Positions 16,384-32,467 of a stretch of 64,000 nt of DNA are shown piece after piece (position 1 is the stretch's first letter; the number at the start of each line of letters is the position of its first letter). The position numbers and the translations under genes were made by a program. This stretch comes from the human T2T-CHM13v2.0 reference genome, Homo sapiens. The stretch lies in the NCBI RefSeq assembly GCF_009914755.1, contig NC_060925.1; one strand, 5' to 3'. Below the pieces are notes generated by a model. That model was not told the origin of the DNA. It worked only from the letters and a program-made list of their open reading frames with translations, and did no database searches.

Positions 16384-16928
16384 CTTTGTTTATTTTCTTC
16401 TTCTTCTTTTCCTTCTTCCTTCCTTCTTCTTCTCCTCCTCCTGTTCCTCTCCTCCTCCTTCTCTCTCTTCCTCTCCTCCTCCTCCCCTTCCTCCCTCCCT
16501 CCTTCTTTTCTTCTTTTCCCTTTCCTTTCCCCTTTCCCTTTTTCCCATTCCCCTTTCCCCTCCTTTCTTCTTTCTCCTTTCTCGTCTCTCCTCTCCTCAC
16601 CTTCCCCTTTTCCCTTTTCTTCCTTTCCTCTCTCCTCTCTCTTTTCCTTCCTTCCTTCTCTTTTCTTTTTCCTTCTCTTTTCTCTTTCCTTTTCTTCCTC
16701 TTTTTTCCTTCCTTCCTTCCTTTTCTTTTTCCTTCTCTTTTCATTTTCCTTCTCTTTTCTCTTTCCTTTCCTTCCCCTTCTTTCCTTCCTTCCCTTTTCT
16801 TTTTCCTTCTCTTTTCCCTTTCCTTTCCTTTCTTTCCTCTTTCTTTTCTTTCCTCTTTTTTCCCCTCCCTTCCTTCCTTCTTTCCCTTCTTTCTTTCTTT
16901 TCCTCCTTTCTTTTCCTTCTTTCTTCTT
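16384..16928. repeat. About 545-bp polypyrimidine/polypurine low-complexity tract
   Basis: Almost exclusively C/T on the plus strand. Confidence 0.97.
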
Positions 16929-17155
16929 CAACAGGGTCTTGCTCTGTTGCCCAGGCTGGAGTACAGTGGCACAATCATAGCTCACTGCAACCTGAACATC
17001 CCAGGCTCAAGCTCTCCTCCTGCCTCACCCCTCATGTAGCTGGGCCTACAGGCACACACAACCAAGGCTGGTCTCGAACTCCTGGCCTCAAGCAGTCCTT
17101 CTGCCTTGGCCCCTCAAAGTGCTGGGATTATAAGCATGAGCCACCCCACTTGGCC
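16929..17155 (-). mobile_element. AluJ with central deletion
   Basis: Right arm joins the left arm at acaacca-aggctgg; linker missing. Confidence 0.88.
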
Positions 17156-17164
17156 CTATTTATT

Positions 17165-17670
17165 TTCCACATCTGATTGGACACTAAGTTCTGTTTGTCT
17201 AGCTGAAAAATATCTCAACAGATATTGTTTCCTGGCTAGACTCACTGCCCTATTTTAGACCCTCGTCTTCTTTGATTTATGCCAGTGGTCATGCCACATT
17301 TCCTCTTAAAAACTGATGATCAGTTTCACCCCTTGTTTATGTTGTTTTCTATGCCTTGAATGATCTTTTTACTTTTTCTGCCTCACAAATGCTTGTTCAT
17401 ACTGTAATCTTTTGTCCCAACTCAAAACTTAATAGATTTTAATGGTGTTCCTGCTTCTTTCCTTCTACCCCAACCAGTAAAAAATTTCACTTACCTTTTC
17501 ATCTGAGTTCTTATGGTAGGATGTACATCTTTTGTGATAGTATTTATCATCTTATTTTACAGTTTTCTGTTTAATTGTCAGCCTCCCCTAGACCATGAGT
17601 TCAGTGACTGCAGGCTGTACTTTCTTCATCTTTGTTTTTTGGTGCCATAACAATTTGTAGAATTGTTGGG
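17165..17670 (+). mobile_element. L2 relic, 3' part
   Basis: Ends gcctccccctagaccatgagttc...gcaggctgtac, L2 terminal-like. Confidence 0.55.
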
Positions 17671-17779
17671 CTGTATATAGAGTTCCTGCTTTCTCCAGAT
17701 AAAGAATGTTTAGAAAAATCTGAAAGAGTTATGCTACTGTTGGATATTGGTTGTGGCAGAATCTCCCCTCCCCTTTTTA

Positions 17780-18277
17780 CTTCATAAAATATTCATGTTT
17801 GTTGTAGGAAGATTTTAAAATAATAAATAAAAATATAAAATTAAAGTGACCAAAAATCCTACCATTTATAACTGCTGTAAATATTTTGATGTTTTCTTTC
17901 AAATATTTTCATGTGCAAATATGCATGCAATACATATTTGGAAAAAAACAGTTTGTAACATGTTTCTTCACTTAGTGTATGTTGAAAGTCTTTCAGTGTC
18001 AAAAATATGTATCAGCATCATTTATTAATATGTTGCTATCAGTATTCTCTTGTATGGATGCATTGCACTTGAGACAGTCTTCTGTTGTTGGACTTTTAGG
18101 TAATTTTGCACTGTTTGGTGTTATGAACAATGAGATCAATATACTTACATGTATATATTTGCACACTTAACTGTATTTTTAAAAAGATAAATTCCTAAGA
18201 ATGGAATTGCTGAGTCAAAAGTTATTTGTATACTTTAAAAAACTTTTGCCAAACTACTCTCCATAAAAGTTTTACCA
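17780..18277 (-). mobile_element. L1ME-type 3' fragment
   Basis: gataaattcctaagaatggaattgctgagtcaaa...ttgccaaact. Confidence 0.7.
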
Positions 18278-18379
18278 TGTGGTTGGGTTTTACATTTCAT
18301 TGAGATTTTTTTCCCCCTTTGGTTGATTTTATGTTGCCGTTGGAGGTTTTATACATTGGAATGATTTAATTAAGGCTGT

Positions 18380-19110
18380 GTTTCTAGGAATATTAATATA
18401 GCAGCATGTGCAACATGAATTGGATAAGGAAAGTCAGTTTTTTTGAGGCTGTTCTAACAATCCAGGTCAGAGGTAATGAGGATCAGAAGGGAGAGGGTGA
18501 CTCTTGAATGCCGGAGAGAGTGACTCTTGAATACAGAAGAGGATGACTGGGAGAGGTATTTGCAGGAACTGATAGGATTTGAGAATGGGTTGGGTAAAGG
18601 GTAGTGCCATTACTTGAAGTGGGAAATTAAAAGGAGGCATTGGCTGGATGTGGTGGCACACCTGTGATCCCAGCACTTTGAGAGGCCGAGGTTGGGGGAT
18701 CACTTGAGGTCAGGGGTTCGAGACCAGTATGGTGAAACCCCGTCTCTACTAAAAAGACAAAAAATAGCCAGGCATGGCAGTGCGTGCCTGTAATCCCAAC
18801 TACTCGGGAGGCTGAGGTGAGGCAGGAGAATCACTTGAACCGGGGAGGCGGAGGTCGCTGTGAGCCGAGATCGTGCCACTGCACTGAAGCCTGGGTGATA
18901 GAGTGAGACTCCGTCTCAAAAAAATAAAAATAAAAATAAAAATAAATAAATAAAATAAAATAAAATAAAAAATAAAAGGAGGCATTGATTTTGGGAGGAA
19001 AGATACGGATTCACTTTTAGTAATTTCAGTTCTGTTTGCTGTGACATGCTCCGGTGGAAATGTTCAAGCACTTGGCACTACAGAGCTGCAATAAGAAGAG
19101 AGCCAGGGTT
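18380..19110 (-). mobile_element. L2 fragment split by an Alu
   Basis: acaatccaggtcagaggtaatgag...gataggattt...gtgacatgctccggtggaaatgttca. Confidence 0.6.
18642..18972 (+). mobile_element. AluS with (TAAAA)n tail
   Basis: TSD taaaaggaggcatt at 18628 and 18973; small internal indels. Confidence 0.94.
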
Positions 19111-19425
19111 CAGTCATCCCAGCCCGATATGATATTTAAAGTCCTCCATAATTGCCTCTCTAGCCTCCTCTCCAACCACTTTCTCACTTCTAAGCCAGAC
19201 AAAACTGTCTTAATCTTATCCCATTGTTCACCACCTGCCTCAAAGCCCTGTAGGAAGTCTTCTTTGATCTCTCCACTGGAAGTTAGTTCCAGTTTTCTAA
19301 ACTTAATGCTAGTTGTATTTTTTTTCCATATCATTTGTATTATACTTTAACATCCTATTTGTATGTATGCATTATTTTCTTCTACAGGATTTTAAACTCC
19401 TAGAACCTGGGACTATATCATGAAC

Positions 19426-19712
19426 TTTTTTTTTTTTGGAGACTGTCTCCCTCTGTCACCCAGGCTGAAGTGCAGTGGTGCAGTCTCGGCTCACTGCAAC
19501 CTCCTGCACTCAAGCAATCCTCCCACCCCAGCTTCCCAAGTAGCTGGGGTTACAGGCGCATGTCACCATGGCTGGCTAATTTTTTTGTATTTTTACTAGA
19601 GACGGGGTTTTGCCATGTGCTCAGGCTGGTCTCAAATTCCTGAGCTCAAGCGATTCGCCCACCTTGGCCTCCCACAGTGCTGGGATTACAGGTGTGAGCC
19701 ACCGTGCCTGGC
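19426..19712 (-). mobile_element. AluJb-like
   Basis: Dimeric Alu; TSD cat(g/a)aact. Confidence 0.9.
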
Positions 19713-19984
19713 ATAAACTCTTTTTTGTCTCTCACATTACTAGTTCTGTATTTTGCACAGTGTCAAAAAATATTTGGTGATTTACAAAGTAAATGGAATC
19801 TGCTTAAAGTAATGGTAATAATACAGTGGATTATTGTCATTCTACACCTAATACCTACTAAATGTTAACATTATTTTATGTGCATTTTCCTCTTTATTTT
19901 TCTTAAATACTCAAACATATTATGGGAGGGGGAGTGGAAAACAAAAGATGTTAAGTGAGAATCCCCTTTCACAGCCGTGTTCTT

Positions 19985-21291
19985 TGTTTCCTCCAAGATT
20001 CTTGAAGAATGGTATATACCTGCCTTTTAGCTTCCAACCCTCTCTGCTACACTGAAATTGCAGTTGTCAAGGTCACCAGTCACCTCCTAATTGCCAAATC
20101 CAATGGTAAATTTTCAGCTCTGATCTTACTTGACCTTTCTGTGGTACTTGACACTATGAAACACTCCATTCTCCTTAAAAGTTTCTCCTTCCCTAACCTT
20201 TTGTGATTTTATCCTCTCCTGATTTTCTTTCTTCCTCATTTTCGTATTTATCTTCCCTTTGTTCACCTTTAAAGAAAGATACTTTCTAGGATTTTGTCCT
20301 TGGCACTCTACATAGTTTTCATGAGTGATCTTATTTGTACTCATGGCTTCAACTGCTGTGGTGACTCTGGGCCAGTTTTCTCTTCCGAGCTCCAAGATTT
20401 TATCTCTGAGAGCTAGAGGACTTCTTTTGGATATCCTGTAGGTGTCTTTGACTCAACATGTTCCAGATGAAACCCTTCACTCTGGCAAACCTGCTTTTCT
20501 CTCTCTTACTCCTTACTTTATTTAAGGTACTATCTTCTATCCAGGCACACAAATGAGATATTTGGGAATCATTTGATAATCTTCCTTCTCTTTGTCCATA
20601 CACCCTACCAGACCCCAATTCAAATAAAACAGCGATCAAATGCTGTATAATTTCGTTTCAAATCTGTGTCCTTTCCTTTGTTTTGATAACAGTAGTACTT
20701 TCTTAGTTCAGATTCTGTATCTATAGTGTCCTAATTGGTTTCCTCCCTTCCTTTTCGTTACTGCCAGAATGCTCTTTCTAAAATTAAAATCTGATTATAA
20801 AAGTAGTCACTCGGAAGCCCTTGCAATGGGTTTCCATTGTCTTTGGGGTGAATCTGGTTTCTTTAGCATGGCATGCAAAGCTTTCATTTCCTGCCATTAT
20901 TCTTCCGAAGTAGAAAGCACCCTACATTCTAGCCATATTAAATTGAGTTGCTTAAATGCTTCATGTTTGCTCATGTTTCTACTTTGTTTCCTCTGTCTGA
21001 AACACCCTGTTCCCCTCACTCTTAATTCTCTGTGGCCCTGAGGTCCCAGTTCAAGCATCATCTCCTTTGGAAATCCTTACCTAGGCCACTAGGCTTCCTT
21101 TTTGCTTTGCTTCTGTATATCTTTATCTGCATTAGTTGTACCATATTATGTGTTAGGTTACTTGTTTGTCTCCCTTACTAGATTATAAGCTGAGAGAGGA
21201 AAGAGACTGAGAGCTCTTCATTTCCATCAGTGCTCTACAAATTTGGCACAGGGTAGTGAATAAAAAACTGCTTGTTGAGTATATGAATGAT
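19985..21291 (+). mobile_element. L2, 1.3-kb 3' segment including a reverse transcriptase remnant
   Basis: ORF 20009-20206 (TEIAVVKVTSHLLIAKSNGKFSALILLDLSVVLDTMKHSILL) matches the L2/CR1 RT motif TETALxKVxxDL...LxLLDLSAAFDTVDH; ends in an L2 tail tgttgagtatatgaatga. Confidence 0.88.
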
Positions 21292-21369
21292 TAAGAAGGG
21301 TATGTGTTCAGTGGCAGTACTGGGATCAGGATTCAGAACTCACATTCTTGTCTTTTATAAAATATATAT

Positions 21370-21684
<315 letters not shown>

Positions 21685-23601
21685 TAGGTAAAATTCTTAA
21701 ATGTGAATTGCTGTTTCAAAAGGTATGTGTACTTGTAAATTTGATGGATAATTTGATTCATTGCTTTAATTTTTTTTTCTTTTTTAAACTCCATGGAATA
21801 TTTCTAGTCACATTGCTGTAATTGTTAATTTTGTATATTTCAAGCATATAGACAAGTACAGAAAATGTATAGCAGATACATATGTACCCACTACTTTTTA
21901 AACAGATGTTGACACCCTCATTGACGTTCTCCCTGTTAGGTGCTTTTAGCACTTCCTCAACATTGTGATGTTCTCCCACAGAATTTTATCTTAGACGTCA
22001 CAGTAAAAAAGTTCCTCAGAATTCATACACTACCATTCTGGAGGTGCCACCATACATTCTATCTTGGACTTTCTTTTTAAATATAGCCTCATTGTTAGCA
22101 AAAGGCAGCTTCAGAGGAAAATTCCGTTATGTTATTTTTGGTGTCTGGAATCTGACTTTTGAAAAATGTTTATTTTGCCTTCTTCCTCTACTCAAAAGCA
22201 ACAAAAGAATGCTACCAGAACTTTATCACAAACCAAGTGACTTAAACAAATTAAAAAAAAAAAAGGCAGTTGGTGGCCTATGTTTCTAGAGACTTGTTTG
22301 ATTTGCTGGCAGAACAGCCCAGGTGAGTTGAGCCAGTAAGCACTTTTCTTCCACTAGGTTTTTCAGAATAACCAAATGTAGTTCTCCTAAGCAGGCACTG
22401 ATCTTTAGCTGACTTAGTGGTGCAGCTGTATCCTCTGGGTTTTGATGGAGTTGATGAGAGAAACTGTTCTTGCGGGTGGTAGGAAGCTGTTGACCTGACC
22501 TCTGTTACACCTGACTGTTTCAATATGCCTTTGTGGAAATCAATTTCCTACCCTTCCATCTCTCTGCTAGAGATCTATAACCTTGTTCCAGTGGAAGGTG
22601 ACTCTTACCTCTGATCTTTTCCTAGGTCCTCAGAATGCCTGGCAGTGAGGCTTTTAGGTTATTTTGGGATTTTATAAACTGAGAGGGGAACCTTAGTCTC
22701 AGGTGGGGCTAGAATCTGAGGTCCTATAGGTACAGATTTATCCTAAAAGCAAGTGTTTTTGCCTTCTCTCTCAGTTGCTCAGTGCTTCTTACCTCATTTG
22801 ATCTCTTAGTATTACATAAGCACCTTAGGGAGGAAAGGACTCAAAGGAGCCAACCATTTCTCCTTGGACCCACAGCCAAAAAGAAAAGGCTCAACGAGAG
22901 TGAGCTTATTCGAGGGTCTGTAGCCTAAAGCATGGGCTCTTTTAAAGCCTCTTGTTGGGCCGTGAAGCATAGGTCTAATCCACGTGAAGTAATTACCCAG
23001 GCCTGGGGTGGCCACAGGGTGAGCAGAGCTCTTCGTACCCTTTTTGCCAGACCTACACTTAATTTCCTTTAAAGCCTCACTTGGTCTTGCCATTTCAGCC
23101 CTTTCCTTCGAAGTATGAAGCCTGACTTTTTTTGTCTTCCTTTCTTCAGCCCTGCAGAGGCAGCTGTGGCCCTGGGGACAGCCCTTTCTTCAAATGGCAA
23201 ACTCATTTTCTGTCCAGCAGACCAGAAGGACAAGGTGTAATTCAACGCTTCTCTCCACCAGACACTGCTGCCAGGGGGAGACAATGAAGAAAGTGATCTT
23301 TGTTGCTCCCTGAATAGGTCCCTGAACCTGGCACCTGCTTTTGTTACTGGCTCCTTAAGTCACTGGAGACATTTTTGCTGTTTCCTGGGTTAGCAGCTGC
23401 TTTGGGATAATAGTAGCAACTGGTTGTCAGGATGTCAGTTCTGCCTCAAAGAAAATCAGTGTATTTATATGAGGAGAGTTACCTTTTCTGTTCTTAAATT
23501 TCTTCAGGGTTTGTCTGAAGAGTGAGCAGTTGGAAGTCAGCTGTGCCCTTAGTTTGATGACCCCATGACCCTCATCTTTGAATCTGAGGAGACACTGCCA
23601 T

Positions 23602-23692
23602 TTCTACTATCCAAGTACTAACCAGGCCTGGCCCTGCTCAGCTTCCAAAATCAGACGAGATCAGGCGTGTTCAGGGTGGTATGGCCGTGGAC
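23602..23692 (-). pseudogene. 5S rRNA retropseudogene (nt 1 to about 90, 3'-truncated, no poly-A)
   Basis: Reverse complement GTCCACGGCCATACCACCCTGAACACGCCTGATCTCGTCTGATTTTGGAAGCTGAGCAGGGCCAGGCCTGGTTAGTACTTGGATAGTAGA aligns without gaps to recalled mammalian 5S with about 10 substitutions; TSD gagacactgccat at 23589-23601 and 23693-23705. Confidence 0.96.
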
Positions 23693-24960
23693 GAGACACT
23701 GCCATATTTTTTTCGTCCTGCTCTCCCTCTGGTGAGACTCTGAGTTCTGGGTTCTAGCATGTAGGTCAGTGCCTCCTACCTGGTAAGCATTCAACAGATA
23801 TATGTGGGATGAATGATTGAATGAATTCCTTGATCTTGCTGTCCAGGTTCAGTTTCTCTGACACTGATACGTGGGTGCTCTATGGGAGGGGGACCTTTGT
23901 TTTTAGGAGAAAGATTGCTTCAAAGGAATTATGGAAGGTGTTGATTTCTAGGGGGCTTTGGGGGAACTATGGGAACTCTAAGATATGATTCGTTCTCGCC
24001 TCATTGGTCTAGATCTTTCTCCTCGATAGTAACTGTCTGCTGACAGACTTGCCCTGTTTCAGGAGCAGTATCCTGAACCTGACTCATCTGGGCTCTGTCC
24101 TTGAGCAGGGTAAGGGATTTTTTTTTTTTAACAGCCATCCTGTCACTGTAGATTCAGAAGCCCTCAGGACCACATCTCAGGCACTGTAGTCTTGGACTTC
24201 CTGATCTGGCTGCATTCAGTCAAGTTCCACTCAGCTCTTAGGTGTCTGTGCCTTTGTAAGGGCTGTTGGAGACAGAAGGGCTTTTTTTCCGCTTTGTCAG
24301 CAGCTGGCCAGAGAATGCCTATTAGTCTGCCAGATCCTAAGTCTTTCACGTTTCCCTGTCTGTGTCTGGAACTTAGGGCAGAATCTCTTACCACCTGAGG
24401 TTACATCTCACTATTTGCCTTTGTGGGACCCATTGGAGGATAAAAGATGAATAGCCATGAAAGGCATGCAGAGTTATTGAACTATGGTTCTTTGAAATGC
24501 TGTGACTCTGAGGAAAGATCCCTGGTCTCCAAGAATACAACTGGAGCCAGACCATTGCACCACCACCCTCCTTTCCCAAGAGCCTCTTTGGAACCATCAC
24601 TCATTCCATAGTTCCAAACATCCTTGTTTTTGTTTAATTTTTATCTGATAAATGTTATGAAACAATTTTAATGGTGAAACCCACAGAGGAAATGACAAAC
24701 TAGCATGTGTTGTCTTTTAAATGCACTTAGTTCAAGTGGTTAAGTCAGTTGTTCCTGTTGTTAGATTGCTGTTGTGTAGTCGACTTTCCTTCTTTAGGTG
24801 GGAAGAGTCTCTGAATAGACTTAAAAAAAGCAAAAGGAACCAGCTCTTCTTTAGCTGATTGATCATTCCTTTACATCTGACTCTTTTCAGCACTTAAATT
24901 CAGATTGTACTATGCTGATTGCTTTCAGATCATGACACAGAAGAGGTCTTAAGGTCATTT

Positions 24961-25711
<751 letters not shown>

Positions 25712-25733
25712 TAGTATTTTATAAGAATTTGGG

Positions 25734-26139
<406 letters not shown>

Positions 26140-26299
26140 CTACTGTCTAATTTACGGTCTTTAAGCACTAAACTCCTTTTTAACCTGTTAATCTTGCCTA
26201 TCAAGTTGCATTTTGAGAAAAATGAACCATGTATTTGTGTTTCTCCATAACTCCTAATACTCACATCTGCACAAAGTAGTACCTTGCTGGTTCTGTTGA

Positions 26300-26663
<364 letters not shown>

Positions 26664-26994
26664 CCCTTTCCATTATCTTAGCAGCTGTCACAATTATTTA
26701 GCCTGATCTTTTTAGGTGGGCATACTCCCTTTTCTCTCTGTTTTTACAATGCTACTTACACAGTTTCTCCACCTGCATCCAATCTGTAATTGGGAGTTTT
26801 GCAGAGCAGTGTATTTGGTATGCTGTGAACTCTTCCCTAGGTCACCCAATGGCATCTTGTGAGCCAGGTTGTCTGAAAAACTTCAAATCTTGGTGGCAGT
26901 GTGGTGGGTGTATCTCCCATATGAGGGATTGTTCCAGGGATCTGACTCAATTGACAGCTCCTGAATTTCTAATATGCCAAGGCTTTTGTGGTAA

Positions 26995-27400
<406 letters not shown>

Positions 27401-28049
27401 GATGAGCCATTTTGAGTTCCTTACAACAAAGATGCTGTGGAAATTTCAGGATTTTCCCCCTTTAGTTATAATATGGGTAGCTTATCCTAAGAACCTGTGA
27501 CTATTGGGATGGTCATCTTTTTGAGGCCAGCAGTAGAAAGAAATTTGCAGTAGTGACTGACACATTAAAGCAACCCCGAAACAAATCAGAGTGAAATAGT
27601 GTCCTGGAGTTGGGGATATGTGGGTGATATCTGGGCTGCATTTTCTCTCTAGGTATCCATGGAGAGGGTCCTGTCTCCCTGAATGGTTGTGCTTTCAACA
27701 GTTAGGGAATGAGCTTGACAGTTTCTGCTTCTTCCCTCCCCTTGCCTTGAACTGCCTTGATATGCAGTGCCTCCTCTGTTGTGTGGCTGTATTCCAGTCC
27801 GTAAACATGACTGCTGTAAGGAGAGTACAGAGTATTGTTTATTTTGTAAAACTTGTCTCATTGCCATGTAATATTTGCTCAAGAGCTCCTGTTGTGGTGA
27901 TATTCTTGTGGTGAGCATGGCCCTTTAAAGATTTTGTTCTCAAATGTTAAATGAGCCCCTGACTGGTGTCCTGAAAAGCATTTAAGCTTCTCTCCCTAGA
28001 GTTTAAGCAAGAGGAGCAGTAATCCCAGTGGAGCCTGGGCTGGGGTCTA

Positions 28050-28225
28050 GAGAGAAGGTGGCAGATGAGGTGGCAGATGACAGGCAGGGGCGGTTGTGGT
28101 CCTGTAGCTCATTTGCACAAAGGAGGGGCTGGCCTCTCCTGGGGAGGTATTTCCGCTCACTGGAACAAATGAGGGCGCTCAAAAGGCTGTAATGTAATGA
28201 GGCTTCTCTGGTGACGTCACTTGTA
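28050..28225. promoter_or_regulatory. Candidate enhancer or alternative promoter motif cluster
   Basis: Palindromic CRE gTGACGTCAc 28211-28220, GC box ggggcgg 28087-28093, two CAGATG E-boxes, retained CpGs in non-repeat DNA. Confidence 0.4.
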
Positions 28226-29360
28226 AATGTGGTCAAAGTCCAGTTCTTGGGGGCTAGTAGAAGCGGGAGTAGAGATCATTCGGTTTGCATGCTTTCACTT
28301 CTCAGCTGTCACTGTGCCATGGTGCCTACTTTCAGCCAGTGAACCAACTCAACTGGGCCGGGCATGAACGCTTACAAGTATCAGAAGTTCCTGGAGGGAC
28401 TCAACAACCTTAGAGGTATTACAAGGCTTCAGGCTCCCTACCCTTTGTCCTTGCTGATCGTGTGAGCACTTATTATGGTGTGTGTTGTATAGGGTCTGTA
28501 AAACCCTCCTGCTCTGAGCTGGCCCTATTTTTTATGCGTTTAGGCAATTAAACAGAAGGGATAGAGTTTGTAAATGCAATCCTAAGTGAGTAGGAGAGAA
28601 TCTCCTTAGGTACTTCAGCAACAGCCTGTTGTCTTGCTTGAACGGACAAGTAAGAAATGTCCCCTGTATTCTTGAGCTCAGAGGGCTCAGGGCACTCCCT
28701 GTTTTCTTTGAGGTGGCCAGACAGTGTGGGTGGAGGGCTCTTGCCATAGGGCCCTGCAGCCTCACCTAGGTGTAGTTATGTTTCTTGGGCCAGGTTTTCC
28801 AGTTGCTTGTGTCTACAGTGAGTCAGAGTCCCATTTGGAGAGAACTGGAGTTGGGAGTGGGGAGGAGGGTGGAGGGAGGAATGCAGGTTGATGGGCTATT
28901 TGTAAGCCCATTGTAAAGTAAGCCTTTGTAAAGAGTAAAACAATGACTTTGAAAGAGGAAGCTTTTTATTAAAGTTTTAAAGGAAATAGTGTTTTCTTTG
29001 CATCATGGGCAAATTCTTCACTGACCAGACATGAGAAGAATGTACTCAGATGTGATGTAGGACTCTTTTTGGATATTAAAGAGAAAAATGAATGAAATCT
29101 TTTTACTTTCCCTTCTCTAATTAATAAGTGGTTTTATTTCCATTTGCAGAGGAGGGTGCTTAAACCATTTTTCTTTCATCAGTAGTTAGGATTCTGGACC
29201 CAGAGCAACCATGGGGTGTGGAGAGAGTGGGAGGGGGTAGAGGGAGGAAAGGAGTAAACTGGGTTTTTTCAGGGATGAGGAAAGTGGCAGACAGGGTGTG
29301 GGCAGGAGATCTGTACTCCCTTCTTGCCAGGGTATGTAGATGTTTTACTTTCTTTCACTA

Positions 29361-29629
<269 letters not shown>

Positions 29630-30816
29630 CTGAGTTCATCTTAGAGGTACAGAACCCAAATAACACAGCAAAGAGCCCCAGAGTCTGGAGTGAGAAGAGT
29701 GCTGCTCTCTGGTGCTAGAGACCATGTGAAGAAGGGAAGAATACCCACATCTGACTAAGCATATGTGTAAATGCACCTTCCTCTCTGAGACAAAGAGCTG
29801 TAGTATGGGGCTTTAGAGTGAAGGTAATAGATCTTTTCTCTCCACACTACTACTCACCTTGAATGGAGTTCTGTTTTCTAATCTTTCATTCACTATTGTT
29901 TGCTTCATTCACTTATATACACTGTATAATAGTCTTTATAGCATAAAACATACAATATATAGCAGTTTCTCTTGTTGACCCAAAGAAAGGATCAGATTTA
30001 AACTCTTCTTTGCTCCTGCAACCTGAGTCTTTTTCAGGTGGGAGAAGTTCCTGGAAAGAGCACATGTAGTTTTTTTGGTTTAGTCCTTATCATTTTTTGG
30101 AATGTTGCTATAGGTCTTAGACAACTATTCCCCCAATTCTGGGCTGCCAGGCAGAGAGTTAGATACAAACCATTGCCTTTGTCAAATCCTCCTGTGGGTT
30201 GAGTTTCACCCACTGTGCCCCCTGATTAAGGTGAATGGTTACTTCCCTTCTTCTTTTCACTTAATATCTTTGTGTATTCCAGAAGGGCTGATGGAAAGAG
30301 GTAATTGGCTCCCCTCTTCATTTAGTTACTGACTGTTGCTTTTCTTGGCATGGTTCAGCTTGTAAACATTCCTCCATCTAGTGGGTAACTGTTGAAGGGA
30401 ATCCAGTGGGAGAATAGAGACATTGTACAAGTTTTTGAAGTTCTGATCCCCAAATTCCTATGAATTTTTGGTGTTTTGATCCAGAATTGGGGTGCAATAT
30501 TTTCCACTGCTCGTGCTTTTTCTGGAGGGCTTTAACTTATATTTCTCAAGCCTGTCAAAAACCTTAGTTATTGGGGTGATTTCTGGCCAGATGGACCTCT
30601 CTCATGGGTATGACAGGCTGAACTATTGGCCCGAGTCCTGATTTTTGGCAGAGTCCAGACCTGTGCCATGACTGGGATAAGTAGGTAATTAGGGATTAAT
30701 TAGGGAAGCAGAGAGGTAGGTGAAGTAGAGTGGTGAGAAAGTGGTTCACTAGCCTTTACTAAGAAAAATTTATGATAGGACTATGAGATAACTGACTTTT
30801 AAAACAGAAATATAAT

Positions 30817-31456
<640 letters not shown>

Positions 31457-31463
31457 CTCTGTC

Positions 31464-31710
<247 letters not shown>

Positions 31711-31789
31711 TAAATAGATAGATTAAAAACAAAAAAGAAGTATACCCCAACATACCTATGTAATTTTACCCTTCTCTTCCTTTGCATAT

Positions 31790-32310
31790 ACTGTCTTATT
31801 TCCTCTGCCTGGAATCCCATTATTTTTTTCTCTTTGTACCAAATTTCTGCTCATCTTTCAATGCCTAGCTCAAGTCTCACTTTCCTTCCGTAAGTTTTGT
31901 TTTTGTTTTTGTATTCCCAGTAGAATTATTCTCTCTCCCTCATCTATGTTGCCATGGCACTTTAAACATACTTGTTTTAGAGCATATCACATTATGTTTT
32001 AGTTATTTTATTAAACATTTGATTTTCCTGCTAGTCTTTACTGCTTGGTCAAGTTTTCTATAACTTTCATAGGCTTCAGTTTTTTCATTTGTAAGAAAGG
32101 GGATGATAGAATTTACTTTACAAGATGTTGTGGGTATTAAATGAGATAGTGAATATAACATCTGATGCAGACTAGGAGCCTGATAGATGTTAGCGATACT
32201 GTTTCTAAAGGCGGGAACTGTGTCTCATTTATCCTTGAGTCTCCTTTACCTAGCATAGTGCCTGGCACATAGTAAGCATAAAAAGAGTATTTGGGGGAAT
32301 TGAATTGAAC
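31790..32310 (+). mobile_element. L2 3' region with a MIR (about 32040-32200) inside
   Basis: cctagcatagtgcctggcacatagtaagc L2 tail; cttcagttttttcatttgtaag MIR core. Confidence 0.72.
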
Positions 32311-32467
32311 TAAACTCATATATTTAAATGTCCTTCAGTAGTCACCATAGGAGGTTAAAAAAATATTCTAACAATGGTGCCTATGCTGCATACTTTTATT
32401 TAAGCATGCTTTTTGTGGGTTTTCTCTTCAGTGCCAGGTTATGACCCTCATAAGAAACTCCATAGTC

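Noticed and set aside
23125-23240. Strong polypyrimidine tract plus CAG acceptor at about 23149
   Set aside because: No convincing downstream donor (aag/gtgtaa is weak) and no recognisable peptide; such acceptors are common in T-rich introns
23602-23692. Functional 5S rRNA gene
   Set aside because: Lacks the 3' roughly 30 nt, the full C box and the oligo-T terminator; solitary and flanked by a TSD
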